From sequence record NC_048182.1: a DNA stretch of 64,000 bases, one strand, 5' to 3'. Below the pieces are notes generated by a model that was not told the origin of the DNA, did not search any database, and saw only the letters and a program-made list of their open reading frames with translations. How positions within the stretch are numbered: the first letter of the stretch is position 1; each line of letters starts with the position of its first letter. The position numbers and the translations under genes are program-made. Shown piece by piece: positions 1 to 10,176 of the stretch.

Positions 1-883
1 AGAAGTCTGGCTTGGTGCCAGTCTTCGCAGTAACAAACAACTCATACATACGTTTGAAGATTAGACCTAAACTATCCTCAGCTGACATCAGGACAACAGT
101 TGGAATCTTAGTCTTGTTACGAAGCATCGGTTTGTTATATAGAGGAATAGACGCGATGATATGAGCCAGGAAGAAAGACTTACCGCGGTTGGTAAGTGCT
201 TCGATCATGTACATCAAACCACGACGTAATCCACAGTCAGGCCACAGTGCTTCGTTCAAACCTGCCAGACCGGTTTTGATAATACCTTCTGGACTGATTT
301 CGATTTTGAGTTGGTTGATGACGTCTTTGATTGAATCAGGGTTATCTGACCCTGTAGCTTCGACCACAGCTTTGTCGTAATTGTTTTCATTAAGATCGTT
401 AATCTTAGCGTCAATCAGTTCACTCAATTTAATCCAGTCATCTTTACTTAGATCTTGTTCACCTTCAAACATGACTGGTCTAACCATGGTTCTGAATTGG
501 TTAGCGAACTTACCTTTGTTATCAACGTCTTTTAACTCTTTAATAATTTGAAAGATGAGTTGACGTGAGTCTTCTGAACCTAAATCGGTTTTGAATGCAT
601 CCCCTAATACTTTCTCTAATTCCGGAGAAAGAATAATAATCTCTGCTATCATAGAAGACATCAATGATGTTATGATATTAGAGTCCTCGGGCTGTTCGCT
701 TATCCACGATAGCAACTTACGCAATTTTGATTCTGTCTTCTTGTCATTCTGTACAAGACTTTCCTTGCTCTTAGGAATTTCTTCAGCCAGCAATAACAAT
801 TCGTCCATTAAGTCCTTGTCTTTTAAGCGCCATGCTTGAAACATTGCCGTGGCGATTTTGACCAGACGAATCAGGTTGTTCAT
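1..883 (-). CDS. DnaB-like replicative helicase (phiKZ gp118-like), N-terminal part; runs off the window edge
   Basis: Not in the ORF track because it has no stop in the window. Manual translation from ATG 883 (SD GAGGAG) gives MNNLIRLVKIATAMF...GIIKTGLAGLNEALWPDCGLRRGLMYMIEALTNRGKSFFLAH...TVVLMSAED, with a Walker A-like ALTNRGKS and DnaB H1/H1a context. It is divergent from the capsid operon, as in phiKZ-like phages. Confidence 0.85.
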   Translation of the reverse strand, partial: MNNLIRLVKIATAMFQAWRLKDKDLMDELLLLAEEIPKSKESLVQNDKKTESKLRKLLSWISEQPEDSNIITSLMSSMIAEIIILSPELEKVLGDAFKTDLGSEDSRQLIFQIIKELKDVDNKGKFANQFRTMVRPVMFEGEQDLSKDDWIKLSELIDAKINDLNENNYDKAVVEATGSDNPDSIKDVINQLKIEISPEGIIKTGLAGLNEALWPDCGLRRGLMYMIEALTNRGKSFFLAHIIASIPLYNKPMLRNKTKIPTVVLMSAEDSLGLIFKRMYELFVTAKTGTKPDF

Positions 884-922
884 GTAAAGCTCCTCGGTTT
901 AAAATTTGTTAAGGTAATGTAT

Positions 923-1471
923 ATGATCTTTAAGTTAGGAGATAAAGAAGTCGAGGTATACTTTTTACAAGCTCACCACCTCGATCTTTTGAATTCTTAC
1001 AATATCGATCTTTCTCAGTTGCCATATTTGCCACGCTGCAAAGAGGTGACAGATGAGGATTGTCTCGACTGGCTCAAGTACCAAAGGGCTGTTGAGAAAC
1101 AATACTGTGGTTTTAAGAGTACAACTTATGATTACGCCGGTAATATTAAAATCGGAAACATTAATCGTGAAGGTGTAATCTATAAAGCAAAATATGATGA
1201 AGTATTGAATGGCGACTTCAGTGTTAATTTAGATAGTAAGTGTTACTATCATGAATTCAATGGGAAGCTTTTCATTCTCATTAGTAATAATACTGTGAAC
1301 AGTACGTTGTTCAAACCAGTACAGGGGAATCTGGCCAGTTCTCTTTATCAGTCCCTGCTCCAGGCCTTTAGTATGTTTGAACTGTACTTCCGTGAGAACA
1401 CTACTCTTAAGGAGACAGTGGCTGAAAGGAAACACATTGACCTCGGTTTTGTGCTTTCTAAAGTGTTGTAG
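923..1471 (+). CDS. hypothetical protein (possibly virion/head-associated)
   Basis: ORF 836..1471. The likely start is ATG 923 (SD AAGGT, 7 nt spacing), which avoids overlap with the helicase start. Lies immediately upstream of the capsid gene. Confidence 0.7.
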   Translation: MIFKLGDKEVEVYFLQAHHLDLLNSYNIDLSQLPYLPRCKEVTDEDCLDWLKYQRAVEKQYCGFKSTTYDYAGNIKIGNINREGVIYKAKYDEVLNGDFSVNLDSKCYYHEFNGKLFILISNNTVNSTLFKPVQGNLASSLYQSLLQAFSMFELYFRENTTLKETVAERKHIDLGFVLSKVL

Positions 1472-1596
1472 TATTAGTAATACTTTGTGTAACAGTGATG
1501 AATCCAGCGCTGAGTCTATCTTATGCGTAAAAATACACACTGACGCGAACAAATATATTTGTTTTCAAAAGTCTTTTCGTTAAAAGGTAATTATCA

Positions 1597-3756
1597 ATGG
1601 AACAGAATAAATTCCGCTTCAAGACTTCCAAAGCTGGCGGCGATCTTAAAGCAATCATTAATGGTATCGCGTCTGGCCGTCTGACTGAAGCTAAAGGCGA
1701 TCTTACCTCGATCGTCGGCAACGAGTCTATGACCTCTACGCTGAAAACTCTGCAAAGTGGCATGACCTACGGTCAGCAGGCAGCAGTTGCTTCTGCTATC
1801 GAAGGTGCTAGCAACAACGGTAACTTCCAAACTCGCGCTGAACAACTGCGTGACATGATTAAACACGGCGGTATGGAATCCTTCTCCATGCAGATGGACG
1901 CTGGTGCAGTAGCTCGTCAGAAAGCTGCTACCATCGAACTGAACGCCCGTTCTAACCGTCAGTGGGAAGCTGCCGAAACTCTGTACCCAACTCTGGTTGT
2001 TCCTTATGACCAGGAAGCGCTGGTTCTGCCAATCGACATCGCTGGTGTTGGTGCATACAACAGCTCTGGCAATGCCAACGAAGCTTTTGAAGATCTGCGT
2101 CCAATCGCATCCGTTCTGTCTGACAGCAAATTCAACGCTGGCGACGATCTGAAACTGGTACCTGTGTTGCCTGCCAACCCGGCTGATGCTAACGCAGCAA
2201 TGTTCGTTCCTTCTGCTGACTTCACTCCGTGGGATGCTACCTACGATGCGAACGATCTGCTGAAACGTGAATCCCACAAAACGAACTACCTGGCGATCCG
2301 CAAAATCAACAACCTGCTGTCCCTGTGCCGTGCACCTGGTTCCGCTGCGTTCGAACAGAACGATGAAATCGAATCTTCTTCTATCCGCCTGGATAGCCTG
2401 CTGCTGAAAGTGAAAACTAAAGACGGCGAAGGTTTCGTAACTCTGGACACCAGCAACATGTCTGGCGTTGCAGCACGTCCTTCTACTGGCGTGACTTCTG
2501 ACGAAAAACGTCAGATCAACTTCGTTCTGAACAACCTGGCTGTAACTCAGCTGAAAGACGCAGCTGGTGCATCAACCACTCTGTTCAAATCTCTGCAAGA
2601 CGCTGGCCTGAAAGTGTTCGTTTCCCTGGAACTGAGCGCTACCTACCATCGTTCTACCCGTACCTGGTCTCCAACTGTATCTCCAGTTGCTATTGCTTAC
2701 GTTATCAACCGTGACGGTGATCGTCTGGTAGTTGGTTCTTCTGCAATGCCTGAAGATGTTGCGACCCTGATTACTGCTCAGGCGCTGGATGCAAGCATCC
2801 ACGGTGTTCTGCTGAAAATGAACCACGCTAACACCAACCGTAGCCGTTATGGTACTACTGTTGTATACGCTAACACTCAGAAAACGTACAACATTAACCG
2901 TCGTCAGCCGATCTCTGTTAAGTACCCAATGCTGGATACTGATAACAACGCTGATGTTCTGGCTATGCTGGTCCAGCAGATGGACATCATGGTTACCCGT
3001 AACATGTCTCATGACGCATTCAAAGCTGCCAACGCGCACTTCGATTACGTTTACGACAACAACGGTATGAAGATTGTCAACATCAACGATGACTCTTCTT
3101 CTGTACTGCCTGGTCAGCACTTCCTGGGTACTGTCGGTATCGAAACTACGATCGATCTGATCAAAGAAGTTTCTACTCTGGACAGCAAAGACACCCTGGA
3201 CAACATCCGTGCTGCCCTGGTTAACAAAATCTACGACATCATCACCGGTCTGCGTATCCGTTCAAACCTGTCCGCATTGAAAGAGCTGGATGGTCGTTCT
3301 GAAGAATACGACATCGTTGCACACGCAGCGCTGGCTCCGTTCCTGATGACTGTTGGTGATTACCGTACCTTCGGTACCAACATCAAGTTCAACATCGTTG
3401 AAACGAACATCGATTCCGAAATCGGTCGTATGTGGGTTGTTCCTAAGTCTCAGACTAAGAACGGCGACATCGACATCTTCGGCGGCATGGGTATCTGTGT
3501 CACCAAAGAGCTGCTGGTAATCGAAGGTTCTGTACAACAGTCTGATCGTCAGTACCGCATGATCATCACTCAGCCTGCTTACCAGCACCACTCTCTGTGC
3601 CCGGTAGCTGGTCGTCTGACCATCGCTGACATCGATAAACTGATGGGCGATGACGGTCTGATCTCTCAGGTGAACAAACACCTGGTTGAAGTGACTGGTA
3701 CCCTGGACACTGGCGCAGCTGCTGGTTCTCAGGAAATCCCGGTTGAGATTCCATAA
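1597..3756 (+). CDS. major capsid protein (phiKZ gp120/SPN3US gp75-like)
   Basis: 719 aa with very strong high-expression codon bias and an N-terminal propeptide carrying G-x-E-S sites. Its position between the helicase and the nvRNAP fragment matches phiKZ-like synteny. A strong terminator follows. Confidence 0.85.
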   Translation: MEQNKFRFKTSKAGGDLKAIINGIASGRLTEAKGDLTSIVGNESMTSTLKTLQSGMTYGQQAAVASAIEGASNNGNFQTRAEQLRDMIKHGGMESFSMQMDAGAVARQKAATIELNARSNRQWEAAETLYPTLVVPYDQEALVLPIDIAGVGAYNSSGNANEAFEDLRPIASVLSDSKFNAGDDLKLVPVLPANPADANAAMFVPSADFTPWDATYDANDLLKRESHKTNYLAIRKINNLLSLCRAPGSAAFEQNDEIESSSIRLDSLLLKVKTKDGEGFVTLDTSNMSGVAARPSTGVTSDEKRQINFVLNNLAVTQLKDAAGASTTLFKSLQDAGLKVFVSLELSATYHRSTRTWSPTVSPVAIAYVINRDGDRLVVGSSAMPEDVATLITAQALDASIHGVLLKMNHANTNRSRYGTTVVYANTQKTYNINRRQPISVKYPMLDTDNNADVLAMLVQQMDIMVTRNMSHDAFKAANAHFDYVYDNNGMKIVNINDDSSSVLPGQHFLGTVGIETTIDLIKEVSTLDSKDTLDNIRAALVNKIYDIITGLRIRSNLSALKELDGRSEEYDIVAHAALAPFLMTVGDYRTFGTNIKFNIVETNIDSEIGRMWVVPKSQTKNGDIDIFGGMGICVTKELLVIEGSVQQSDRQYRMIITQPAYQHHSLCPVAGRLTIADIDKLMGDDGLISQVNKHLVEVTGTLDTGAAAGSQEIPVEIP

Positions 3757-3794
3757 TAGAATCTTTCCCTGGTAAAAAGCATTAAAGCTTGAAT

Positions 3795-3832
3795 CCTCCT
3801 ACCTCACCTTCGGGTGGGGTAGGGGGTTTTTG
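3795..3832 (+). terminator. intrinsic terminator after the capsid gene
   Basis: CCTCCTACCTCACC-TTCG-GGTGGGGTAGGGGG followed by a T-run. Confidence 0.85.
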
Positions 3833-3853
3833 CTGTTTTGGTTTTAGATCTCT

Positions 3854-3877
3854 ATATAAATTTAGGCAGATATTATC
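3854..3877 (+). promoter_or_regulatory. putative phage RNAP promoter
   Basis: ATATAAATTTAGGCAGATATTATC is 22/24 identical to 49576..49599. Both copies directly follow a terminator. The core resembles the phiKZ early motif TATATTAC. Confidence 0.6.
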
Positions 3878-3928
3878 TACAGGTAGGTATACGTATATTT
3901 ATTTAAATGTATTATAGAGGATAACAAC

Positions 3929-5026
3929 TTGGCTACAGTGTCCGGTGATACCTGGCACCCAGACCGTCATTCCCCTTATATGAACGCAGTGGAGTACTTC
4001 AACTATACTAACAAGGATATCACACTGGTCGATGATTTCGGCTGTGAGACAGAATTGTTGGGAAGAGAAGAGCGCCCCTTTGATGTTAATGATCGTGGCT
4101 ATATTATTATCCGCGTTACTCGTTTGGTTGATCCCCGTCGAGTGCGTGTTACTGATAATAAAGCAACACATGAGATCGATCAGATCTTCCTTAATGAACT
4201 GAGGAATCAGATTGCATCTCGTCGTGAGAAGATCACTGAGGGTTTGTCTGGGTATAACCAGTGTAAGTTAACGGTACAGTTTGAAATTAGACTGTTTCCG
4301 AAAGGCAGTACTATTAACTACAAGTCCGATCTTTTAGGGATCGTGATCAAAGAGTCTGAGGATTATAATACTCCGACTTTCGTAGCAACCCCGCAAGGTT
4401 ATATCGATAACGTAATGGTTAAAGATCTAGCTGAGCTGGACAGTAAAGATGACGGTGGAGTGGACAAAGGTGTAAGAACCATTTGCTCTGCACGTCTTGT
4501 AGACAATCACAGACGAATTGGTACGCTCTGGACCAACATGTATGGTACAGCGACCAAAGTCGAACCAGTAATCGATGAGGAGCAACAAGAAGGGCTATAC
4601 TTAGCCGGTGGACATCATTTAGAAATCAAGAAGTTTCTTTCAATAGAAGAATTATTAGATAGTAAAGTGCTCATAGCCCACGGACTCTTTAGTACCGAGC
4701 TTGAGTGTCGAAAGAATAGCACAGGAGAATACACCGCTTCGGTTATTACCGAGAGAGATAAGACAAAGAAAGAGAACCGTTCTCTCAGAGACGAGAACAC
4801 TAAGCTGTCTAACAAAGTGACTGTCCTAGAGATGGACTCTAAAGCAGAGAAAATCAATAAGGCACACAGTGAGTACAAACATACTCGAAGTTACGATAGC
4901 ATGAAAGATTACTATGACAACAATGTTCTAGCGTCAGGTAGTAGGATCATTGATAAAATTATCCTGCTAATCAAATCGGGAATATCGTTGTTAACTGCAT
5001 TTAAGTTAATAAAGGCATTTATATAG
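3929..5026 (+). CDS. conserved jumbo-phage hypothetical protein
   Basis: 365 aa with a TTG start after SD AGAGGA and a C-terminal coiled-coil-like segment. Lies between the capsid and nvRNAP genes. Confidence 0.75.
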   Translation: MATVSGDTWHPDRHSPYMNAVEYFNYTNKDITLVDDFGCETELLGREERPFDVNDRGYIIIRVTRLVDPRRVRVTDNKATHEIDQIFLNELRNQIASRREKITEGLSGYNQCKLTVQFEIRLFPKGSTINYKSDLLGIVIKESEDYNTPTFVATPQGYIDNVMVKDLAELDSKDDGGVDKGVRTICSARLVDNHRRIGTLWTNMYGTATKVEPVIDEEQQEGLYLAGGHHLEIKKFLSIEELLDSKVLIAHGLFSTELECRKNSTGEYTASVITERDKTKKENRSLRDENTKLSNKVTVLEMDSKAEKINKAHSEYKHTRSYDSMKDYYDNNVLASGSRIIDKIILLIKSGISLLTAFKLIKAFI

Positions 5027-5037
5027 AGGAGTAGTAT

Positions 5038-6768
5038 ATGGATCCGCAAGTTCTCAAAAGAACCGCCAAAGCGCGTGGTGGTTTTACTAAGGAACTGTTC
5101 GACTGGCATAAGCGAGATATGGATCGGATCATACCTCATCTTCAACTTTCTTTCAGTAACATGTTTCGCTCCCTGAAAGAAAAGGGATATCACTTTGATG
5201 GCATAGAACCTGTATGTCCGCTGGAGTTCTTTAACTCTATCACGCGGTCATCCAGTAGTGGAACTAAAGATTTTGAAATCGCTAAGAACTCGTTCTTCGG
5301 TATCAAGATCAATAACCACTTTGTAGATCCAATAACCGGCGTTCACTCCGAACTGAAATGCCCGTTAATGTTTCTGCCGTATACCAATAATCATGGTGAC
5401 ATCTTTACACGAAATAGTACGTATTCACTTCAGTATGTTTTATCTGAACGTGGACCTTCTGTCGATGGCGGTCGAGAGAAAACGATCTTTATTCGTGTGC
5501 TGGGTTATAAGTTTAAGGTTACGAAAGAGATTCACACCTTTAACCGTGTGTATCGTAACGGGATGAACATCGGTACGTCAGCTATCAACATGACCTTACC
5601 AGCTAACCGTTTCTATAACTCTCGTAACGATCGCAAGATCACCAGTAAGAAAGTACCAATTCCATTGCTGGCCTGGTATGTGTTCGGTAAATATGGATTC
5701 ACCCACTGCATGCGTGAGTTTGCGGAATGTGAGTTTATGATCGACACCATGGATACCTTAGTTGACATCTGTCCTAAAGATGAAGGCTGGGAGATCTATG
5801 CTAACACTGCGTCAATCCATCCAAAAGCTTTTGACCGTCCAAAGGGAACTCCATTACTGGAAGAACCGGCGATCGCAATTAAGAGCCGTAATAAAGGTGG
5901 TGAGATCAGTAACCTGGCATTGCAGTATGCTGCGGGACTGTTATTCATGTTTGGTGTGTTCAGCCATGAGCTGGATGTACGCCGCCTGGATGATATCAAT
6001 TACTGGCGTTGGATTATCGGTCGTTGTTCCATACGTCTTCCAAACAAAACTGCCCCAGATGTTTATCTGCGTCAGATGAATGAGCACTTCAGCTCAGTGG
6101 AAGAATATGCGGACGATATCACTATCGATAAGTATAACAAGTTCGACATCGAAGTTCGTGACACATATGAGTTGCTGAACTACTTGATGATGAACTATTC
6201 CAACCTGATCAAACTTTATGACCCAGCGGATATGCTACATAAAGAGTTGGCCTCTATGGAATTCCTCGTGGACTTCCTGATTCACCAGGCGAACGACTTT
6301 AAGTTCATGATCCGTAATAAGTCGAACATCACACCGAAGATTATCAACCGTGAACTGGATGCGCACTTCCGGTTATTCAACGCTGATAAGTCGGTACGTG
6401 AAAACAACACCATCCTCGAACAGACCGGTACTGATAACCCGTTCATTGACTATGGTGCTGGGATTATTCTTCAAACCAAATCGACGGTTAACCGCGGACC
6501 TGGTAAGAAGAAAGAAGAGTTCGATGCAAACCACCCTGGTAGTATGATCCATGCATCACAGCCGTTTGTGGTGTCTTATCAATACGCCAGCAAACCTAAC
6601 CCGGATGGCCGTGGTATGTTGCAGCCTCGTGTGTATTTAGTACAAGGCCGTTATACCTCACTTCGTCCTGAAGACCGTGATCTTTACGAATCCGTTAAGC
6701 ACCGTCTTAAGAATAGAGAAAGCTTCGGCACTCCCCAAGTACTTAAAGGGGGTGGTAAAGCAGAATAA
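5038..6768 (+). CDS. non-virion RNA polymerase beta subunit, N-terminal fragment (phiKZ gp123/SPN3US gp77-like)
   Basis: 576 aa. The segment PLMFLPYTNNHGDIFTRNSTYSLQYVLSERG resembles the beta-subunit 'iPlmt..G.FiiNG.ervvvsQl' region. It lies two genes downstream of the capsid gene, as in phiKZ-like phages. Confidence 0.7.
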   Translation: MDPQVLKRTAKARGGFTKELFDWHKRDMDRIIPHLQLSFSNMFRSLKEKGYHFDGIEPVCPLEFFNSITRSSSSGTKDFEIAKNSFFGIKINNHFVDPITGVHSELKCPLMFLPYTNNHGDIFTRNSTYSLQYVLSERGPSVDGGREKTIFIRVLGYKFKVTKEIHTFNRVYRNGMNIGTSAINMTLPANRFYNSRNDRKITSKKVPIPLLAWYVFGKYGFTHCMREFAECEFMIDTMDTLVDICPKDEGWEIYANTASIHPKAFDRPKGTPLLEEPAIAIKSRNKGGEISNLALQYAAGLLFMFGVFSHELDVRRLDDINYWRWIIGRCSIRLPNKTAPDVYLRQMNEHFSSVEEYADDITIDKYNKFDIEVRDTYELLNYLMMNYSNLIKLYDPADMLHKELASMEFLVDFLIHQANDFKFMIRNKSNITPKIINRELDAHFRLFNADKSVRENNTILEQTGTDNPFIDYGAGIILQTKSTVNRGPGKKKEEFDANHPGSMIHASQPFVVSYQYASKPNPDGRGMLQPRVYLVQGRYTSLRPEDRDLYESVKHRLKNRESFGTPQVLKGGGKAE

Positions 6769-6795
6769 CCAAATTAAAAATATAGAGAGAAAGCA

Positions 6796-9204
6796 ATGAA
6801 CCCGAATCCACAAGTACTGCGCGGCGCACAAACAAATACCCAAGTTAACCAACCACTTGGGACTACTCAACCACAACAGCAAACCGCTCCACAAAACCCA
6901 CTGAATAACTTGGCGGCACTGGCAGCTCGTTTCTCCGGCAACGCTAATGGTCAAGGGACTAACAGCAACCTCTATAATTTCGCCGGTAACAAATCTGGTC
7001 ACATGACCGGACTGTTTGCCATGGATGAAAGTATGGCGGAAGAGCAGATGAAAACCCAAGCCCTTACAGAGGGTGGTCAATATGCAGGTAGTATTGCCAA
7101 TATCCTTCTGAGGCGTTCTGGTAAACATCCGTTCTATCATTCCCTTCAGGCAGCAATGGATCGTTTCAAAACTCCAATCAAAGGCGGGAACCAAGAGCAA
7201 GGGTTCGTTGACTTTGTAAACGAGTTGAACTTCAACCAGGCACTGTATAACTTTGTCTGTTTACAAGTTGCTATTCAGTACGGTATTGAATTTGCAATGT
7301 TGGTAACATCTGGCGATGATCGGATACGAGACCCAAGTGCTCGTGATCTTCAGACAGGTCTTCTTTATCGCGTGGCTTGCGATACAATTTGGATGCAGTA
7401 TTTTGACTGGATTAGTAACAACCCGGAAGGAACACAGTTGTTCCATCGTCTGAGCCAACGTGCTCGTGAAAGTGCGATTAAAAATGATCAGATTATTCCG
7501 GAAATGATCATGCAACGTTATACCTGGGGATTGCAACAATGTCCATGGCGTGGTGGGCGTATTGCAGAAATGCAAGGTCGTCAACAAGCTGGTTCCCCAA
7601 TTCTCGATGTTGTTACTCCTACTGACTTAGGTTTCGGTGGTTCATTCCATAACCCTAATAGCCTGTTCGGAGACAACGGTGGTAATCAGGAAAATATCGA
7701 TGTAGAAGGTACTCGCGAAATGTGGGCCTACATCCATCGTAAAGCTTCTGCTAAAATGCAGGACATGCAACAAGGCGCTGGCTTTGCTCATGCTGTAGAT
7801 GCTCCACCTGCTGTAATCTATAGCAACTATGACAAGCCTGAGCTTCGTCTTTCTGATATCACAGTTGAGAACCGTCATCAATATAGCTTGAATGATTATG
7901 GTGTTCAAGTTCCTGGGACGGATTGGTGGATTATCAAGAATGAAAATATGGCTTACATCGGTCGCGTATTACGCCTGCCAGATGGATCCACTCTTCGTCT
8001 CCTTGATACTCGTTGCGTTGGTACGGTTCCGGTCTATCGTATTAACTGGCATAGTGGGTCGCTTGAATATAAGCTGATTCCACATAAACTTCAGATGGTG
8101 GATGTGATGGAAGCTTTAATTAGTGATCCTTCAAAACTTCTTCCTTATATGTATGAGGAAGATGGTATCCAGAAAACTACATTCGATCTGAATGTGATGG
8201 AAACCAACAAATTTATCAACGACGGTAAGATCATCCCAGTTGGTGAATTAAAAGAATTGGAGCGTCAGCCTAATATGTTGATTGCTTCCAAAGCTGCAGA
8301 TCTAACCCGTGAAAATGATCAAGTCATGGGAATCATGACTACCCTGGTAAAACAGCACGATCCTAAGAACAAACTGGACGCGTTCGTATTACCAACCCTG
8401 CTGAACCGTGATTTCAAAATGGAAGACGATACCAATATGGATTCCTTCTATGAATCATTCGGTCGTATGGTAAAAGGTGGTAATGAAGGAATAAAAGATA
8501 CCGGTCGTATTCTCCGCTCCATTCGTGTTGCGCTGAATGATTATCAGGATACTGAGTTCGCTGGTTTCGTAGTGCCGTATGTAACTAACCTGTTCAACCG
8601 TTTCCTGGTAGAATGTCGTGGTTATCATGAAACTCGTGATGACTTCAATGCTGCTAACGGTGAAGGTTGTTATCTGCGTTCCAAACATGTGTTTGATGAC
8701 CTGGAAGAGATTATTGAGCTGCTAGGCGAAAAAGACCCAGCAACTCTGGCTGCATTCATGTCATTTGAAACAAATGAGTTCTTCCGTGACAACCTGGAAA
8801 TTCTGTTACCACGTGAGAAAGCTCAGTCTAAACTGGAAGCTCTCTTCGGTAAAGAAGATCCTGAATTACTTCCGGCATTGAAAGCTAATGCTGACAAGAC
8901 AATTGTAATGACTCGCGAAACCGTGATCATTGAAGTTAAGAAACAAGTTCCACCGCGTCAGTGTGAACAAGTTATTCTGAAAGCTTCTGGTAACCCAATG
9001 TTCTTTGCTGTGGTGAAAGAAGCACTGAAGAAATCGGCCAAGCACTTTGGTCCGACCCCACAAGTTCTGATTCGTTTCCATAACGATACTGACCGTAAGA
9101 TCTGGGTGGCTACGCCGAGCGATTTCGATCCTCAGCATGTTATCCATTTGCGTGCTGTAGATCAGGTTTGTAATCTGGTTCATCCATACCCGGTTGTAAG
9201 CTAA
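6796..9204 (+). CDS. large conserved jumbo-phage hypothetical protein
   Basis: 802 aa with a Q/N-rich low-complexity N-terminus. Follows the nvRNAP fragment; a terminator lies downstream. Confidence 0.8.
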   Translation: MNPNPQVLRGAQTNTQVNQPLGTTQPQQQTAPQNPLNNLAALAARFSGNANGQGTNSNLYNFAGNKSGHMTGLFAMDESMAEEQMKTQALTEGGQYAGSIANILLRRSGKHPFYHSLQAAMDRFKTPIKGGNQEQGFVDFVNELNFNQALYNFVCLQVAIQYGIEFAMLVTSGDDRIRDPSARDLQTGLLYRVACDTIWMQYFDWISNNPEGTQLFHRLSQRARESAIKNDQIIPEMIMQRYTWGLQQCPWRGGRIAEMQGRQQAGSPILDVVTPTDLGFGGSFHNPNSLFGDNGGNQENIDVEGTREMWAYIHRKASAKMQDMQQGAGFAHAVDAPPAVIYSNYDKPELRLSDITVENRHQYSLNDYGVQVPGTDWWIIKNENMAYIGRVLRLPDGSTLRLLDTRCVGTVPVYRINWHSGSLEYKLIPHKLQMVDVMEALISDPSKLLPYMYEEDGIQKTTFDLNVMETNKFINDGKIIPVGELKELERQPNMLIASKAADLTRENDQVMGIMTTLVKQHDPKNKLDAFVLPTLLNRDFKMEDDTNMDSFYESFGRMVKGGNEGIKDTGRILRSIRVALNDYQDTEFAGFVVPYVTNLFNRFLVECRGYHETRDDFNAANGEGCYLRSKHVFDDLEEIIELLGEKDPATLAAFMSFETNEFFRDNLEILLPREKAQSKLEALFGKEDPELLPALKANADKTIVMTRETVIIEVKKQVPPRQCEQVILKASGNPMFFAVVKEALKKSAKHFGPTPQVLIRFHNDTDRKIWVATPSDFDPQHVIHLRAVDQVCNLVHPYPVVS

Positions 9205-9211
9205 TCCAAAT

Positions 9212-9241
9212 GAGAGAATCGGGCGAAAGCTCGGTTCTCTC
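9212..9241 (+). terminator. intrinsic terminator-like hairpin
   Basis: GAGAGAATCGGGC-GAAA-GCTCGGTTCTCTC. Confidence 0.7.
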
Positions 9242-9360
9242 TATGCTTACTAAAGTCACTGTAGTGGCTTTTATTATATAGATAGATAATGTTCTGTCTT
9301 TATTGTAAAAGCTTCTGAGAATGCTTTATATTGCGCTTAAACTATACACAGGAATAACAA

Positions 9361-9792
9361 ATGAAAACCTTTACAACTTCTATCTTCGTACCTGCTAAAT
9401 TCAAAGCTGAATTGAACGCCATGCAGGAAATGGAGATCTCTCGTAAGTTGTTTAACCGTGCAATTCCGATCACTGATGATCTTGGTACGGGTGCTTTAGA
9501 TGATTTAAAATCAGACGAGGAATTTATCCTTATCGTTAACGGTGAAGTTGAGAAACATCATCTCAAAATGAAAGTCTCAGCTCACGGTGCCGGTAAACCT
9601 CGTGTGATGTTTGTGGAACCTGAACTTCCAGAAGTTAAACGTTTTATTGAGTGGCGTATTGATCAAACTAAACGCATGGCTCAAAAGAATAAAACACAAT
9701 ACCAATTACGTAACTTCACTACTGTCGATCTTCGTCGTCTCATTCGCAGTGCTTTTGTTGGACGAGAATGTAACCACGTTAACTATCGTTGA
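9361..9792 (+). CDS. hypothetical protein
   Basis: 143 aa, SD AGGA. Confidence 0.75.
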   Translation: MKTFTTSIFVPAKFKAELNAMQEMEISRKLFNRAIPITDDLGTGALDDLKSDEEFILIVNGEVEKHHLKMKVSAHGAGKPRVMFVEPELPEVKRFIEWRIDQTKRMAQKNKTQYQLRNFTTVDLRRLIRSAFVGRECNHVNYR

Positions 9793-9798
9793 GGTATT

Positions 9799-10176
9799 AT
9801 GAACGCTATAGATATTACCAAACAAATAGGTGTGCTTATTCCGCCTATTAAATTAGAGAAAGAATCTACTCTTGTTGATAATTATCTCCACTATCCACCT
9901 AAAAAGACATTATGGCTTAATGACATAACTCAGGACCACAAAGATTTATTAACCCCAGATGAGTTATCAGTTATACTTTTATTTATTCATCTTGGTGGGT
10001 GTGGCGGGGATGCAGCTTTGAAAGTGCAAAATAAAATGTGGGATAGGTATCGTGGAAAATCTATTAGCATGTTAAAGACTGCCATTAAAAAGTGCGGCTG
10101 GAAACCAGAAGAAGTTTTGTGGGATATGTATCCCATCGGTTATAAACCTAATGGAGGTTCATCATGCCTATCGTAA
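9799..10176 (+). CDS. hypothetical protein (paralog of 10164..10499)
   Basis: 125 aa, SD GAGG; shares an FIxLGG...W...RG.SI motif with the next gene. Confidence 0.75.
   Translation: MNAIDITKQIGVLIPPIKLEKESTLVDNYLHYPPKKTLWLNDITQDHKDLLTPDELSVILLFIHLGGCGGDAALKVQNKMWDRYRGKSISMLKTAIKKCGWKPEEVLWDMYPIGYKPNGGSSCLS

Noticed and set aside
836-922. ORF-track 5' extension of the 836..1471 gene (likewise 21686, 45813, 49548, 50543, 58100)
   Set aside because: The extensions overlap divergent genes, terminators or promoters; downstream ATGs have proper SDs
1594-2277. Long antisense ORFs opposite highly expressed genes (also 2572..3120, 17050..17763, 45182..45784, 47345..47905, 58139..58903)
   Set aside because: They are shadows of strong codon bias in the sense gene, have no SD or recognisable motifs, and lie fully inside better-supported CDSs
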